From positions 192,001-256,000 of the forward strand of contig CAUVWX020000002.1 of NCBI GenBank assembly GCA_963555815.3: 64,000 nucleotides of DNA. The letters run 5' to 3'. Below, one piece after another: positions 1-9,787 of the stretch (position 1 is the first letter of the stretch; each line of letters starts with the position of its first letter). The translations under genes and the position numbers were made by a program. Origin of the DNA: a bacterium (GTDB taxonomy: Bacteria > UBA8248 > JACPRG01 > G963555815). Under the pieces are notes generated by a model that saw only the letters and a program-made list of their open reading frames with translations, made no database searches and was not told the DNA's origin.

Positions 1-767
1 AAACGGCGGATGGTCCTGGTGATGTAGTGGACGAGGAGGTCATTGAATGAGATCTTTGTCCCATAAGCCTTCCCCCAGAGGGCCTGATTCGTTTCCCGCA
101 TCTGGACGATTTCTGTCATATCCACGTCGATGATCTCGGTCACCCGAGCCACCTGAGCCCAACTCTGGGCCATGCGCTCGGCGATCACCTTCCGGATCCC
201 CTTGACGGCAATAGTCTCGGTTTTCCCGGCGGGGACGGGGGCCGCGCGCATCCCAGGGGGAGCCGCAGATTTTGTCTGGGCTGCCTGCTCGATGTCGGCT
301 TTGACGATTCGGCCATTTGGGCCACTTCCCCGAACGGCCTTATAGTCCACCCCCAGTTCCTGGGCGAGTTTCCGAGCGGCCGGTGAGATGGGAACCTTTT
401 CTCCGCGGGAGGGGGGGGCCTTGGTGGCCTCCGCGCCGGTGGGCGGGGAGGGAGTCGTGGCGGGCTTTGGAGGGGCAGCAGGGGAGGGCTTGACGGTCTC
501 TGGGGGGGCAACTTCGGGGACCGCCTCGCCAGAGGCACCGATGAAGGCGATGGGTCTCCCCGTGGGGATCACCTCTCCCTCTTTGGCAAGGGTTTTTAGG
601 ACCGTTCCCGCGGAGGGGGCCTCCAATTCATACTCCACCTTGTCGGTCTGGATGGAAACGAGGGGCTCCCCTTTTCCGATGGTCTCGCCCTCTTGCTTGT
701 GCCAACTCAGGATAGTCCCTTCCTCCATGGTTTGGCCAAGTTTGGGCATGGTGATCTGCGTTGCCAT
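1..767 (-). CDS. Dihydrolipoamide acyltransferase (2-oxo-acid dehydrogenase E2), 5' part only; runs off the window edge
   Basis: Manual translation from ATG at 767: MATQITMPKLGQTMEEGTILSWHKQEGETIGKGEPLVSIQTDKVEYELEAP (lipoyl domain, TDK lipoyl-Lys), then a Pro/Ala linker, a subunit-binding domain (ISPAARKLAQELGV) and the start of the catalytic domain. Not in the ORF track because it has no stop within the window. Confidence 0.93.
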   Translation of the reverse strand, partial: MATQITMPKLGQTMEEGTILSWHKQEGETIGKGEPLVSIQTDKVEYELEAPSAGTVLKTLAKEGEVIPTGRPIAFIGASGEAVPEVAPPETVKPSPAAPPKPATTPSPPTGAEATKAPPSRGEKVPISPAARKLAQELGVDYKAVRGSGPNGRIVKADIEQAAQTKSAAPPGMRAAPVPAGKTETIAVKGIRKVIAERMAQSWAQVARVTEIIDVDMTEIVQMRETNQALWGKAYGTKISFNDLLVHYITRTIRR

Positions 768-830
768 CCTCTTAAACCTCCTCCATCAGCCCACGTGGAA
801 GGGCATTTCTGTTTAGAAAAAGTTTTTTGT

Positions 831-858
831 ATCTTAGCATGCGAAGGCGGGTTGTCAA
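831..858 (-). promoter_or_regulatory. Putative sigma70 promoter for the E2 gene
   Basis: Minus strand TTGACA (858-853), 16-nt spacer with TG extended -10, TAAGAT (836-831). Confidence 0.6.
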
Positions 859-995
859 CCTCGAGCCCTTGCAGTATCGAGCCTCGCGGGGGGGGGGGCA
901 AGCCCGTCGCCCCGACCTTGACGCACGTAGGAAGGGGGTATAACTTCGTTCAAAAGGAGAAGGGGGTTTCTCAACGGATATGGGCCGGCACAGAG

Positions 996-1166
996 ATGAT
1001 GCAGGTATTTAGAAGACAGGGGATCGAGGGGGCGATTTTAATCGCCTGCGCCTTGGTTAGTGTTTTCTTTGGGCTCAAAGTGGGTGACTTGAATTACAAG
1101 CTCTTCCTTTTCCTTCTGGCGGGTGTCTTGGCCCTCGCCATTTTCCGCCCGAAGCACTCCCCGTAA
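996..1166 (+). CDS. Small membrane protein (56 aa, two hydrophobic segments)
   Basis: MMQVFRRQGIEGAILIACALVSVFFGLKVGDLNYKLFLFLLAGVLALAIFRPKHSP; follows TTGACG (918)...TATAAC (939). Confidence 0.5.
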   Translation: MMQVFRRQGIEGAILIACALVSVFFGLKVGDLNYKLFLFLLAGVLALAIFRPKHSP

Positions 1167-1185
1167 AGAGGGTCTCGGTTGGCTT

Positions 1186-1262
1186 GGCGGTGTAGCTCAG
1201 CTGGTTAGAGCATGCGGCTCATATCCGCAGAGTCCGGGGTTCGAATCCCTGCACCGCCACCA
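1186..1262 (+). tRNA. tRNA with CAU anticodon, most likely elongator tRNA-Met
   Basis: Cloverleaf: acceptor GGCGGTG/CACCGCC, anticodon arm TGCGG-CT CAT AT-CCGCA, T-loop TTCGAAT, encoded CCA. Confidence 0.93.
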
Positions 1263-1306
1263 TTTCACTGCTCTTGAACGAGGAGGTCTCAGCGAAGACC
1301 CCTCGG

Positions 1307-2755
1307 ATGAGCCCTTTTAAGAGGGCCAAGGTGATGCATCCCTTCCTGAAAAGTTTTTGCCGCACCCTCCAGAGATATGAGATGGTTTGCCCAGGGGAGC
1401 GGATCCTCGTCGGGGTCTCGGGAGGGCCTGACTCCGTCTCTCTCCTGCATGGTCTTCTTCACCTCGACCTTTCCCTTGAGCTCCGGATCCTTCATATCCA
1501 CCACAGCCTTCGGGGGGCCGAGGCCGACGAGGAAGCCAAGTGGGTGGAGAGTCTCGGGGCCCGCCTGGGTGTGCCCTACACCGAGAGAAAGATTGAGCCC
1601 GGGTCTCTTGTGACCCCGGGGTTTTCCCTTCAAATGGCGGCCCGAAAAAGGCGCTATGAGATCTTCCGTGAGGAGGTCGAGCGCCAAGGGGCCCATCGCC
1701 TGGCCCTCGGCCACACCGCCGACGACCGGGCTGAGACGCTCCTCATGGGACTCCTCCGGGGTGCCGGTCTCAAAGGGCTTTCCGGGATTCCTCCTGTGCG
1801 GGAGGGTTGGATTATCCGGCCCCTTTTGGAGACGCCGAGAAGTCTCATCGAGGAGTTTCTCTCCAGCGAGGGGATCCCCTTCCTTCAGGACCCCTCCAAT
1901 CTTCGTCAGGAATATCTTCGAAATTGTATTCGCCACCGCCTCCTCCCGGACCTCGAGGCCTCCTATAATCCACGCCTCCGAGAGACCCTCGCCCGGACAG
2001 CTGAACGGCTTTGGGCGGAGAATGAGTGGATGGAGGCCGAGACAGCCCGCGCCCTGGATCGACTTCTCGTCCGATGGCCGGAAGGGGAGGTGGCCCTTCC
2101 TGTCGCGACTTTAGCGGAGACCCATCTGGCCCTTCGACGACGCTTAATTCTGAAGATCTTGACGGACATGGGGGCTCCTGCCGCCCGCATCCGATCGGTC
2201 CATATCGAGGTCCTCTTGGAGAGCCTTTCCCGCTGGAGCGGGGAGCGTCGATTTCGGCTCCCCGGGGATTTTAACGTTACTCGAGATCGACACTGGCTCA
2301 TCTTTCGGCGGGGTGCCGAGCCACCCCGGCCTTCAGCTGAGGTCCCCCTTCAGATCCCGGGGCGGACTGCCCTTGAGCCTTGGGGTCTCACCCTCTCGGC
2401 CCAAATCTTCGACCGCGGGGACAAAAGCCCCTTCGAGGCGGACCCCCTTCGGGCCTGGTTCGATCTCGGGAGCGTGGGGGGAGAGCTCCTCGTCCGGTCT
2501 CGAAGACCAGGAGATCGTTTCCGGCCCTTGGGGTTCTCAGGGACGAAGAAACTGAAGGATTTTTTCATTGACGCCAGAATCCCTCGACGAGAAAGAGACA
2601 CCATCCCCCTCCTCGTCGCCGGGGAGCAGATTCTTTGGATCATTGGCCATCGTCTTGGGGAGGGGGCTGGAATTTCGGCGGAAACCAAGGCCATTTTGGC
2701 GCTTGAGGTGGATCAAAAGGGAAGGGCTAAAGAGAGCCCGGAGAAAAGATCTTGA
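1307..2755 (+). CDS. tilS: tRNA(Ile)-lysidine synthetase
   Basis: SGGPDS PP-loop, GHTADD..ET, IIRPLL, DPSN, RN.IR and C-terminal TilS domain (RRPGD, KKLKDFFID). Start uncertain (1307 or 1334). Confidence 0.96.
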   Translation: MSPFKRAKVMHPFLKSFCRTLQRYEMVCPGERILVGVSGGPDSVSLLHGLLHLDLSLELRILHIHHSLRGAEADEEAKWVESLGARLGVPYTERKIEPGSLVTPGFSLQMAARKRRYEIFREEVERQGAHRLALGHTADDRAETLLMGLLRGAGLKGLSGIPPVREGWIIRPLLETPRSLIEEFLSSEGIPFLQDPSNLRQEYLRNCIRHRLLPDLEASYNPRLRETLARTAERLWAENEWMEAETARALDRLLVRWPEGEVALPVATLAETHLALRRRLILKILTDMGAPAARIRSVHIEVLLESLSRWSGERRFRLPGDFNVTRDRHWLIFRRGAEPPRPSAEVPLQIPGRTALEPWGLTLSAQIFDRGDKSPFEADPLRAWFDLGSVGGELLVRSRRPGDRFRPLGFSGTKKLKDFFIDARIPRRERDTIPLLVAGEQILWIIGHRLGEGAGISAETKAILALEVDQKGRAKESPEKRS

Positions 2756-2846
2756 ATTTGCGCCATGATATGCTTAACTTTTTGAGTGGGATAAGAACTT
2801 CCCTGAGACCCTGTTGCGTTCGACCTCGAGAGAGGAGAGGGGCGTC

Positions 2847-4772
2847 TTGAATCAATTTTATAGAAACTTGGCCCTCTGGCTTCTGATCGGGCTGATGATG
2901 GTGTTTGTCTTCCAACTTTTCAGTAGCCGTCAGCTGCCCGAGACGGAGGTCATCTTTAGCCAGTTTGTCGAGGATGTGGAGGAGGGGCGTGTCCTGGAGG
3001 TGACGATCCAGGGAAACAATATCCACGGTCAATTCGCTGACGGTGGCGCCTTCAGGACTTTTGCTCCGGAAGACCCCGAACTCATTTCGATCTTGCGGGC
3101 GAAGAGCGTCAGCATCCGGGCGGAGCCTCCTCAGCAGAACGCTTGGTATACGAACCTCCTCCTCTCGTGGTTCCCAATGTTGATCCTCCTCGGCATCTGG
3201 GTCTTTTTCATGCGTCAGATGCAGGCCGGCGGGAGCAAGGCGCTCTCTTTTGGCAAAAGCAAGGCTCGCTTTCTCTCAGACCATAAGAAGAAGGCCACCT
3301 TCCAGGATGTGGCGGGCGTCCAGGAAGCGAAAGAAGAGCTTCAGGAGATCATCGAGTTTCTGAGAGAGCCCCAAAAGTTCCAGGAGCTTGGAGGAAAGAT
3401 CCCCAAGGGGGTCCTCTTGGTCGGTCCCCCGGGGACGGGAAAGACCCTTTTGGCCCGGGCCATTGCCGGGGAGGCGGGTGTGCCTTTCTTCAGCATCAGC
3501 GGCTCGGACTTTGTGGAAATGTTCGTGGGCGTGGGTGCCTCCCGCGTCCGTGACCTCTTCGAACAGGGTAAGAAACACGCCCCTTGCATCATCTTCGTTG
3601 ACGAGATCGATGCCGTCGGCCGACATCGCGGGGCGGGGCTCGGGGGCGGCCATGACGAAAGAGAGCAGACCCTGAACCAGCTCCTTGTCGAGATGGACGG
3701 TTTTGAGTCGAACGAAGGGGTTATCCTTATTGCTGCCACCAATCGCCCCGACGTCCTGGACCCGGCCCTTACGCGCCCGGGGCGTTTCGACCGCCTAGTG
3801 GTGGTTCCCCTTCCGGACCTTCGGGGCCGGGAGGAGATCCTCAAGGTCCATAGTAGGAAGGTCCGCGTTGGAGAATCGGTGAACCTCGCAGTGATCGCCC
3901 GGGGAACGCCGGGCTTCTCAGGGGCCGATCTTGCCAACCTCGTGAACGAGGCGGCCCTTTTCGCCGCTCGGATGGGGAAGAAGGCGGTCGGCATGTCCGA
4001 CTTTGAGCACTCCAAGGACCGGGTCATGATGGGCGCCGAGCGCAAGAGCATGATAGTCAGCGACGAGGACAAGCAGAAGATCGCTTTTCACGAGTCGGGG
4101 CATACGCTGGTGTCCAAGCTCATCCCTGGAACGGATCCTATCCACAAGGTGACCATCATCCCGCGGGGACTGGCCCTTGGCCTGATGCAGCCCCTTCCGG
4201 AGGAGAAATACACCCACTCCAAGACGTATCTGCTGAACCAGTTGGCCGTTTATATGGGCGGCCGAGCTGCTGAGGAGGTCGTCTTTGGCGAAGGGGAGAT
4301 GACCACTGGGGCGGCCAACGACATTGAGAAGGCCACGGACCTCGCGCGAAAGATGGTCTGTGAGTTCGGCATGAGCGATAGGTTAGGGCCTCTGGCCTTC
4401 GGGAAGAAGGACGAACATATCTTCCTCGGCCGCGAGTTTTCCCGCCACAAAGATTTTAGCGAGCGGACAGCCATCCAGATTGATGAAGAGATTACCCTGA
4501 TGGTCTCAGAGAATTATGACCGGGCCAGGAAGCTCCTCGCCGAAAATCGGGACAAGCTTGACGCCATCGCCCACGCACTTCTTGAAAAGGAGTCTTTGGA
4601 CGGGGCAGATGTGGACACCATCTTCGAAAAGGGCTTTTTGCCCGCGTCCAAGCCCGTCGCTGAGGAGACCCCGCCCGACGCCCCGGCCCCCGATGCCCAG
4701 CAGGAAAAAACGGACGTCGTCCCACGCGCTCAAGTCTCCGGCCCTCCCCCTCCCAGGGAGCAGCCGGCTTAG
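2847..4772 (+). CDS. ftsH: ATP-dependent zinc metalloprotease FtsH
   Basis: Two TM helices, [24 protein letters not shown] zinc motif; TTG start after GAGGAG. Confidence 0.98.
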   Translation: MNQFYRNLALWLLIGLMMVFVFQLFSSRQLPETEVIFSQFVEDVEEGRVLEVTIQGNNIHGQFADGGAFRTFAPEDPELISILRAKSVSIRAEPPQQNAWYTNLLLSWFPMLILLGIWVFFMRQMQAGGSKALSFGKSKARFLSDHKKKATFQDVAGVQEAKEELQEIIEFLREPQKFQELGGKIPKGVLLVGPPGTGKTLLARAIAGEAGVPFFSISGSDFVEMFVGVGASRVRDLFEQGKKHAPCIIFVDEIDAVGRHRGAGLGGGHDEREQTLNQLLVEMDGFESNEGVILIAATNRPDVLDPALTRPGRFDRLVVVPLPDLRGREEILKVHSRKVRVGESVNLAVIARGTPGFSGADLANLVNEAALFAARMGKKAVGMSDFEHSKDRVMMGAERKSMIVSDEDKQKIAFHESGHTLVSKLIPGTDPIHKVTIIPRGLALGLMQPLPEEKYTHSKTYLLNQLAVYMGGRAAEEVVFGEGEMTTGAANDIEKATDLARKMVCEFGMSDRLGPLAFGKKDEHIFLGREFSRHKDFSERTAIQIDEEITLMVSENYDRARKLLAENRDKLDAIAHALLEKESLDGADVDTIFEKGFLPASKPVAEETPPDAPAPDAQQEKTDVVPRAQVSGPPPPREQPA

Positions 4773-4964
4773 AAGACCGAGGAGCTCTGGGCGAAGGAGG
4801 CTCGGCGATGGGCCCGAGGCTGACGCTCAGGCTCCCTAGAAACTCATCCCCCCAAAGCCGGATCCTGACTCCCACCGCCCGTGGCGGATCTCTCGTTTCC
4901 CTTTTGGGTACTCCCGGCCCAGGCGGCTCGGGGGGGCCTCTTTGGGTCCCTTGAGGAAGACGTG

Positions 4965-5699
4965 ATGGTTGATCTTTGTGTGAACGTGGACCATGTGGCC
5001 ACTCTCCGTCAGGCCCGAAGGGGAGTCGAGCCCGACCCCATTGCGGCGGCCCTCCAAGCTGAGATGGCTGGGGCGGTGGGGATTACGGTTCACTTGAGAG
5101 AGGACCGACGCCACATCCAGGAACGAGACCTTCGCCTCCTTCGAGAAGTGGTCCGGGGGAAGCTGAACCTGGAGATGGCCCCGGTGGAGGAAATGAAGAT
5201 TATTGCCATCGAGGTTCGACCGGATCAGGTAACCCTGGTCCCCGAGCGGCGGCAGGAGTTGACGACTGAGGGGGGGCTTGATGCCCACCGTCTGAAGGGG
5301 ACTCTGGAGGGCCTTCTCCCGGCGCTTCGGGATGCCGGTCTTCTTGTAAGCCTTTTCATTGACCCCGCCGAACTCCAGATCAAGGCGGCCAAGGAGTTGG
5401 GCGTTGACTCCGTTGAGATCAATACAGCCCGCTACTCCGAGGCCCGCAGGCCCGCCGACATCGACCGGGAGTTTGCGCAGATCCAGCAGGTCGTTGAGGA
5501 AGCCGGGGCCGCTGGGCTCGGCGTCCACGCCGGCCACGGACTCGATTACTTCAACACGGGCCGGGTGGCGGCGCTTTCCCAGATCTCGGAACTCAACATC
5601 GGTTATAGCATTGTTTCCCGCGCGCTCTTTGTGGGGGTGGAGCGGGCAGTCCTGGAGATGGTGGAGATCCTCAGGCGAACGGCTGCGGACGGAGGCTGA
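4965..5699 (+). CDS. pdxJ: Pyridoxine 5'-phosphate synthase
   Basis: VNVDHVATLRQAR, HLREDRRHI, ELTTEGGLD, AGHGL. Confidence 0.97.
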   Translation: MVDLCVNVDHVATLRQARRGVEPDPIAAALQAEMAGAVGITVHLREDRRHIQERDLRLLREVVRGKLNLEMAPVEEMKIIAIEVRPDQVTLVPERRQELTTEGGLDAHRLKGTLEGLLPALRDAGLLVSLFIDPAELQIKAAKELGVDSVEINTARYSEARRPADIDREFAQIQQVVEEAGAAGLGVHAGHGLDYFNTGRVAALSQISELNIGYSIVSRALFVGVERAVLEMVEILRRTAADGG

Positions 5700-5704
5700 G
5701 GGAA

Positions 5705-7267
5705 ATGCTGACACCCGTTGCCACGGCGGCAGAGATGGCGGCCATTGACCAGCGGACCATCGAGGAGTTCGGCCTTCCGGGGGTGTGCCTCATGGAGAAC
5801 GCCGGGGCCCGAGTGGTCGAGGCCATGAAGGCTCGCTACAGTGACCTTCGAGGCCGCCCCATCCGGCTTCTGGCCGGAAAGGGGAATAACGGCGGGGACG
5901 CCTTTGTGGCGGCTCGCCACCTGGCAAATCTGGGGGCCGACGTTGCCGTCTACCTGCTTTGTGCCCCCGAGGAGGCTCGGGGGGATGTCCGAATCCACCT
6001 AGAGGTCCTGCGGCGGATGGAGGTCCCCCTTCATCTTGTCACGAATGAGGAGGAGGTCCGAAAGGCCTTCCAAGACCGCGAGGAGGCCATTTGGGTAGAT
6101 GGGGTTTTTGGGACTGGCCTGGATTCGGAGCCTCGCGGCCACATCGCAGAGGCCCTCTTCGCCCTTGGGTCAAAGGGAGTCCCCATCGTCGCGATCGACA
6201 TCCCCTCGGGAGTCCACGCCGATACGGGAAGGGCCCTTCGGGGGGCACTGAGGGCCGACTTGACGGTGACCTTCGGCCTGCCCAAGCGGGGCCAACTCCT
6301 CTACCCCGGGGCGGAGCATGTGGGGGAGTTTGTCGTGGCCGACATCGGGATTCCCGAGGAGGCGGTCAAGGCCCAAGGGATCACCACCTATCTCCTCGAC
6401 GCCCCTGACGTGAGGGCCCTCTTTCCGCCGGTTTCGCCGAACGCCCATAAGGGGACCTTTGGCCACGTCTTGGTCGTTGCCGGGTCTGTAGGAAAAATGG
6501 GGGCGGCCCATCTTGCGACCTCGGCTGTCCTTCGCATGGGGGGAGGGCTTGTGACCCTGGCCTACCCGAAGGATGCCGAGGCCCTGAGCTCGGCACCTGC
6601 CGAGGCGATGACGCTTCCCCTTCCCGCGACGACCGAGGGGACCATCGCTAAAGGGGCCGTGGGGCGTGTTTTGGAGATGGCCGAGCGGGTGGATGCCGTT
6701 GTCCTTGGCCCCGGCCTCACCACCCAGGATGAAACGGTCTCTTTTGTGAAGGAGCTGGTGACAAAATGCTCACGGCCGATGGTGGTGGACGCCGACGGCC
6801 TGAACGGCCTCGCCCAGGGTTTTGAGGGATGGAATTCCCTTCCCGCTCCCCGCTGCCTCACCCCCCATCCGGGGGAGATGGGGCGCCTTGTGGGAGTGGA
6901 GACTGGAGAGGTCCAGGCCGACCGGGTGGAGACCTGCCGGGCCTTTTCGCGCTCCCGGGGGGTCTTCCTGGTCCTCAAGGGGGCAAGGACTCTTATCGCC
7001 ACCCCTCAGGGAGAGGTTTTTTTCAATCCCACGGGGAACCCGGGCCTGGCCACCGGGGGGAGCGGAGATGTCCTGGCCGGTGCCATCGGGGCCCTCTTGG
7101 GTCAGGGACTTTCGCCCAAAGAGGCCCTCATCGTCGGGGTCTACACCCATGGGCTTGCAGGAGACCTGGGGGCCAAGGAGGTGGGCGTGCGGGGTCTTTT
7201 GGCCTCGGATGTCTTGGACCGACTGCCCGCTGCTCGACAGGTCCTCCTCGAGTCCTCGAAGGGATAG
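5705..7267 (+). CDS. nnr: Bifunctional NAD(P)H-hydrate epimerase/dehydratase (YjeF)
   Basis: LMENAG, GKGNNGGD, DIPSG, HKGTFG, TPHPGEM, ATGGSGDVL. Confidence 0.96.
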   Translation: MLTPVATAAEMAAIDQRTIEEFGLPGVCLMENAGARVVEAMKARYSDLRGRPIRLLAGKGNNGGDAFVAARHLANLGADVAVYLLCAPEEARGDVRIHLEVLRRMEVPLHLVTNEEEVRKAFQDREEAIWVDGVFGTGLDSEPRGHIAEALFALGSKGVPIVAIDIPSGVHADTGRALRGALRADLTVTFGLPKRGQLLYPGAEHVGEFVVADIGIPEEAVKAQGITTYLLDAPDVRALFPPVSPNAHKGTFGHVLVVAGSVGKMGAAHLATSAVLRMGGGLVTLAYPKDAEALSSAPAEAMTLPLPATTEGTIAKGAVGRVLEMAERVDAVVLGPGLTTQDETVSFVKELVTKCSRPMVVDADGLNGLAQGFEGWNSLPAPRCLTPHPGEMGRLVGVETGEVQADRVETCRAFSRSRGVFLVLKGARTLIATPQGEVFFNPTGNPGLATGGSGDVLAGAIGALLGQGLSPKEALIVGVYTHGLAGDLGAKEVGVRGLLASDVLDRLPAARQVLLESSKG

Positions 7268-7275
7268 GGGCGGGC

Positions 7276-7773
7276 TTGCGCTGGAAGGTAAAATCTCGGG
7301 GTCCTCAAGTGACCCGTCGGCTTGGAGCTCTCCTTGGGGAAAATCTCTTTCGCGGGGCGGCCATTTGTCTCTCAGGTGATCTGGGGGCGGGGAAAACGCT
7401 CCTGACCCGCGGGATCATGGAAGGCCTTCGCGGAGACGACTCTGGGGTTCGAAGCCCCTCATTCACACTCATTAATCACTACACTGGTCCCACGGAGGTT
7501 TTCCACGTGGATCTCTATCGGCTCTCGGCCCGGGAGGAGGTAGAGGGACTGGGTCTTGAGGAGCTCTTCGAGGCGTCGGGTATCGTGGTTGTCGAATGGG
7601 CTGAGAAGCTGGGGGAGATGGCCCCGGCGGAGAGTTTGAAGGTCCAGCTTCAGGTCACGGGTCCCCTGGAGCGGGAGATCTCCTGGGAGACCTGTGGTGA
7701 AGCGTACGAGGTCCTCCTGACCCGAGTTCGAGGGGCATGGACCCCTTCCCGGGCCGAGGAGAGAGGGCGGTAA
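7276..7773 (+). CDS. tsaE: t6A37 biosynthesis ATPase TsaE
   Basis: GDLGAGKT, SPSFTL, HVDLYRL, VEWAE in the 3' half of ORF 6829..7773; TTG start just after the nnr stop. Confidence 0.93.
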   Translation: MRWKVKSRGPQVTRRLGALLGENLFRGAAICLSGDLGAGKTLLTRGIMEGLRGDDSGVRSPSFTLINHYTGPTEVFHVDLYRLSAREEVEGLGLEELFEASGIVVVEWAEKLGEMAPAESLKVQLQVTGPLEREISWETCGEAYEVLLTRVRGAWTPSRAEERGR

Positions 7774-7786
7774 GGCATCTTTTCAC

Positions 7787-7815
7787 TTTACAGTTATCAA
7801 AATCTGTGCCATATT
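7787..7815 (+). promoter_or_regulatory. Putative sigma70 promoter for the lptC-lptA-lptB-rpoN operon
   Basis: TTTACA-17 nt-CATATT with TG extended -10; AAGGAGG RBS downstream. Confidence 0.5.
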
Positions 7816-7842
7816 TTCCTTTATTCTTAAGGAGGGAGACGT

Positions 7843-8409
7843 ATGGCCTTTTGGAAAAATCTTCGTTTGTGGCTTCTCCTGCTCATAGTCTTCACGTCCG
7901 CCGCCGTCGGTTTTTTAGTGGCCACCAATTGGCAGGAGAAGACCCTACCCAAACGCTTTCATCTCTCAGGGACAGATGCAGACCTTCGCCTCCAGGATGT
8001 CTTCCTCCTGGAGGACAAGAAGGGGTTGAAGGCCTGGGAGCTCAAGGCCAAGTGGGCCAAGATGTATAAGGATATTGGAAAGACCTTCTTTGAGGACATA
8101 CACGTTGTTGTCTTCGTCGAGGACCGCCAGCCCGTTCATATCACGGCCCTGCGGGCGGAGATGGACAATGAAAGTCGAGACCTCACGGTAGAAGGCAATG
8201 TGGAGGTGGTCTCGGAAGAGGGCTACTCCCTCAGGACTGAACGGCTCATGTGGTTTTCCGACAAGCGGGAAATAGTGACCGAGGCCCCTGTGATGGCTGT
8301 GGGTAAAGACATCCAGATCTCGGGTAGGGGGCTGAGGGCCCACATTGACAATCAATTGCTCCGGCTGGACCACCGTGTGACGGCCCAGCTGATCCCGAGA
8401 AGAAGGTAA
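7843..8409 (+). CDS. lptC: LPS export protein LptC
   Basis: N-terminal TM anchor, beta-jellyroll-like sequence (WELKA..A, L.TE.L.W), position ahead of lptA/lptB. Confidence 0.85.
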   Translation: MAFWKNLRLWLLLLIVFTSAAVGFLVATNWQEKTLPKRFHLSGTDADLRLQDVFLLEDKKGLKAWELKAKWAKMYKDIGKTFFEDIHVVVFVEDRQPVHITALRAEMDNESRDLTVEGNVEVVSEEGYSLRTERLMWFSDKREIVTEAPVMAVGKDIQISGRGLRAHIDNQLLRLDHRVTAQLIPRRR

Positions 8410-8427
8410 GTACTCCCCTGTAGGGCT

Positions 8428-9099
8428 GTGGAGGAGAAAACCGTGGGGCTGAACCGTTGGCCAAAGACCTGGACGTTCGTAGCCGGGGTGACGATGGCTT
8501 GGACCCTGGGAGGACTGACGACCCTGGCAGGGGCCCAGTCGTTGAGGGAGGGCATTGAGGCCCCAATTTCCATTTATATCGTCTCAGACCGCATGGAGGC
8601 CGACAACAAGAACCAGTGGGTTTACTTCATCGGCAATGTAACGGCCACCCGGGGGGAAATGACGCTCCATAGTGACCGGCTGGAGATTTATCGAAATGAG
8701 GAAAAGGACGAGATCGACCGAATTGAGGCCATCGGTCACGTGGACATCAACCACCAGGGCAGGTTTGCCACCGGCGACAAGGCGGTTTTTCATGAGGCCG
8801 ATCAGAGTTTGGTTCTGACGGGAAACCCGAAGGCCTGGGAAAACAGTAATATCATCACCGGCGACAAGATGATCTTCTATTTAGAGACTGACCAGGTTGT
8901 GGTAGAGGGCAACGAGAACAAGCGGGTAGATGTGGTTCTCTATCCTGATGGGGAGGACAACCGATATATCCGAACTAGTCCCGCCCGTCGCGAGACCCCC
9001 AGCCCCGAAGAAGACGGGGTGGGAGGAGTCCAGGACAACGGCACCTCCGAGCTCCCGGCTGGCGGTCCAGGGGCTGGTGAAGTCTTATCGACGCCGTAG
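8428..9099 (+). CDS. lptA: LPS transport periplasmic protein LptA (OstA domain)
   Basis: Signal-like N-terminus; I.SD.M, F.GNV, LTGNP, ITGDK motifs. Confidence 0.87.
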   Translation: MEEKTVGLNRWPKTWTFVAGVTMAWTLGGLTTLAGAQSLREGIEAPISIYIVSDRMEADNKNQWVYFIGNVTATRGEMTLHSDRLEIYRNEEKDEIDRIEAIGHVDINHQGRFATGDKAVFHEADQSLVLTGNPKAWENSNIITGDKMIFYLETDQVVVEGNENKRVDVVLYPDGEDNRYIRTSPARRETPSPEEDGVGGVQDNGTSELPAGGPGAGEVLSTP

Positions 9100-9775
9100 G
9101 GTTGTTGATGAGGTTAGCCTGGACGTTCGCCCGGGGGAGATCGTAGGCCTCCTGGGCCCAAATGGCGCGGGTAAGACCACCACCTTCTACATGATCGTGG
9201 GGCTCATCCGGCCCGACGGCGGACAGGTGATGCTGAATGGGGTAGACGTCACCCATCTGCCCATGTACAAGCGGGCGAGGCTCGGAGTTGGGTATCTTCC
9301 GCAAGAACCCTCGGTCTTCAGAAAGCTCACCGTCGAAGAGAACATCCTGGCCATCCTGGAGACGAGCGGGGGTTACGGGCGCGAGGCCAGGAAAAAGCGG
9401 GCCCGAGCTCTCATGGAAGAGCTCAATATCTACCACATCCGCCGCTCCAAGGGCTTTTCCCTCTCAGGGGGAGAGCGGCGTCGGGTGGAGATCTCAAGGG
9501 CCCTGGCCACCTCTCCCTCCTACATCCTCCTGGACGAACCCTTCGCCGGGATCGACCCTATCGTCGTCATTGACATCCAGAACATGGTGACCCAGTTGCG
9601 AGATCGCGGGATCGGGGTCCTCGTGACGGACCACAATGTCCGGGAGACCCTGCGGATTGTGGATAGGGCCTACATTATCAACGAGGGCGAGATCCTGGAG
9701 AGCGGGAACCCGGAGACTATTGCCCAGAGCAAACGGGCCCGTGAGCTCTATCTGGGGGAAAGTTTTTCTCTGTAA
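8948..9775 (+). CDS. lptB: LPS export ABC ATPase LptB
   Basis: [50 protein letters not shown]. Start uncertain; overlaps the lptA 3' end. Confidence 0.95.
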   Translation: MGRTTDISELVPPVARPPAPKKTGWEESRTTAPPSSRLAVQGLVKSYRRRRVVDEVSLDVRPGEIVGLLGPNGAGKTTTFYMIVGLIRPDGGQVMLNGVDVTHLPMYKRARLGVGYLPQEPSVFRKLTVEENILAILETSGGYGREARKKRARALMEELNIYHIRRSKGFSLSGGERRRVEISRALATSPSYILLDEPFAGIDPIVVIDIQNMVTQLRDRGIGVLVTDHNVRETLRIVDRAYIINEGEILESGNPETIAQSKRARELYLGESFSL

Positions 9776-9787
9776 GGGGGCCTCTTC

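Noticed and set aside
7795..7811. Sigma54-like TGGCAC-N5-TTGAT on the minus strand
   Set aside because: Points antisense into tsaE and is explained by the overlapping plus-strand sigma70 extended -10.
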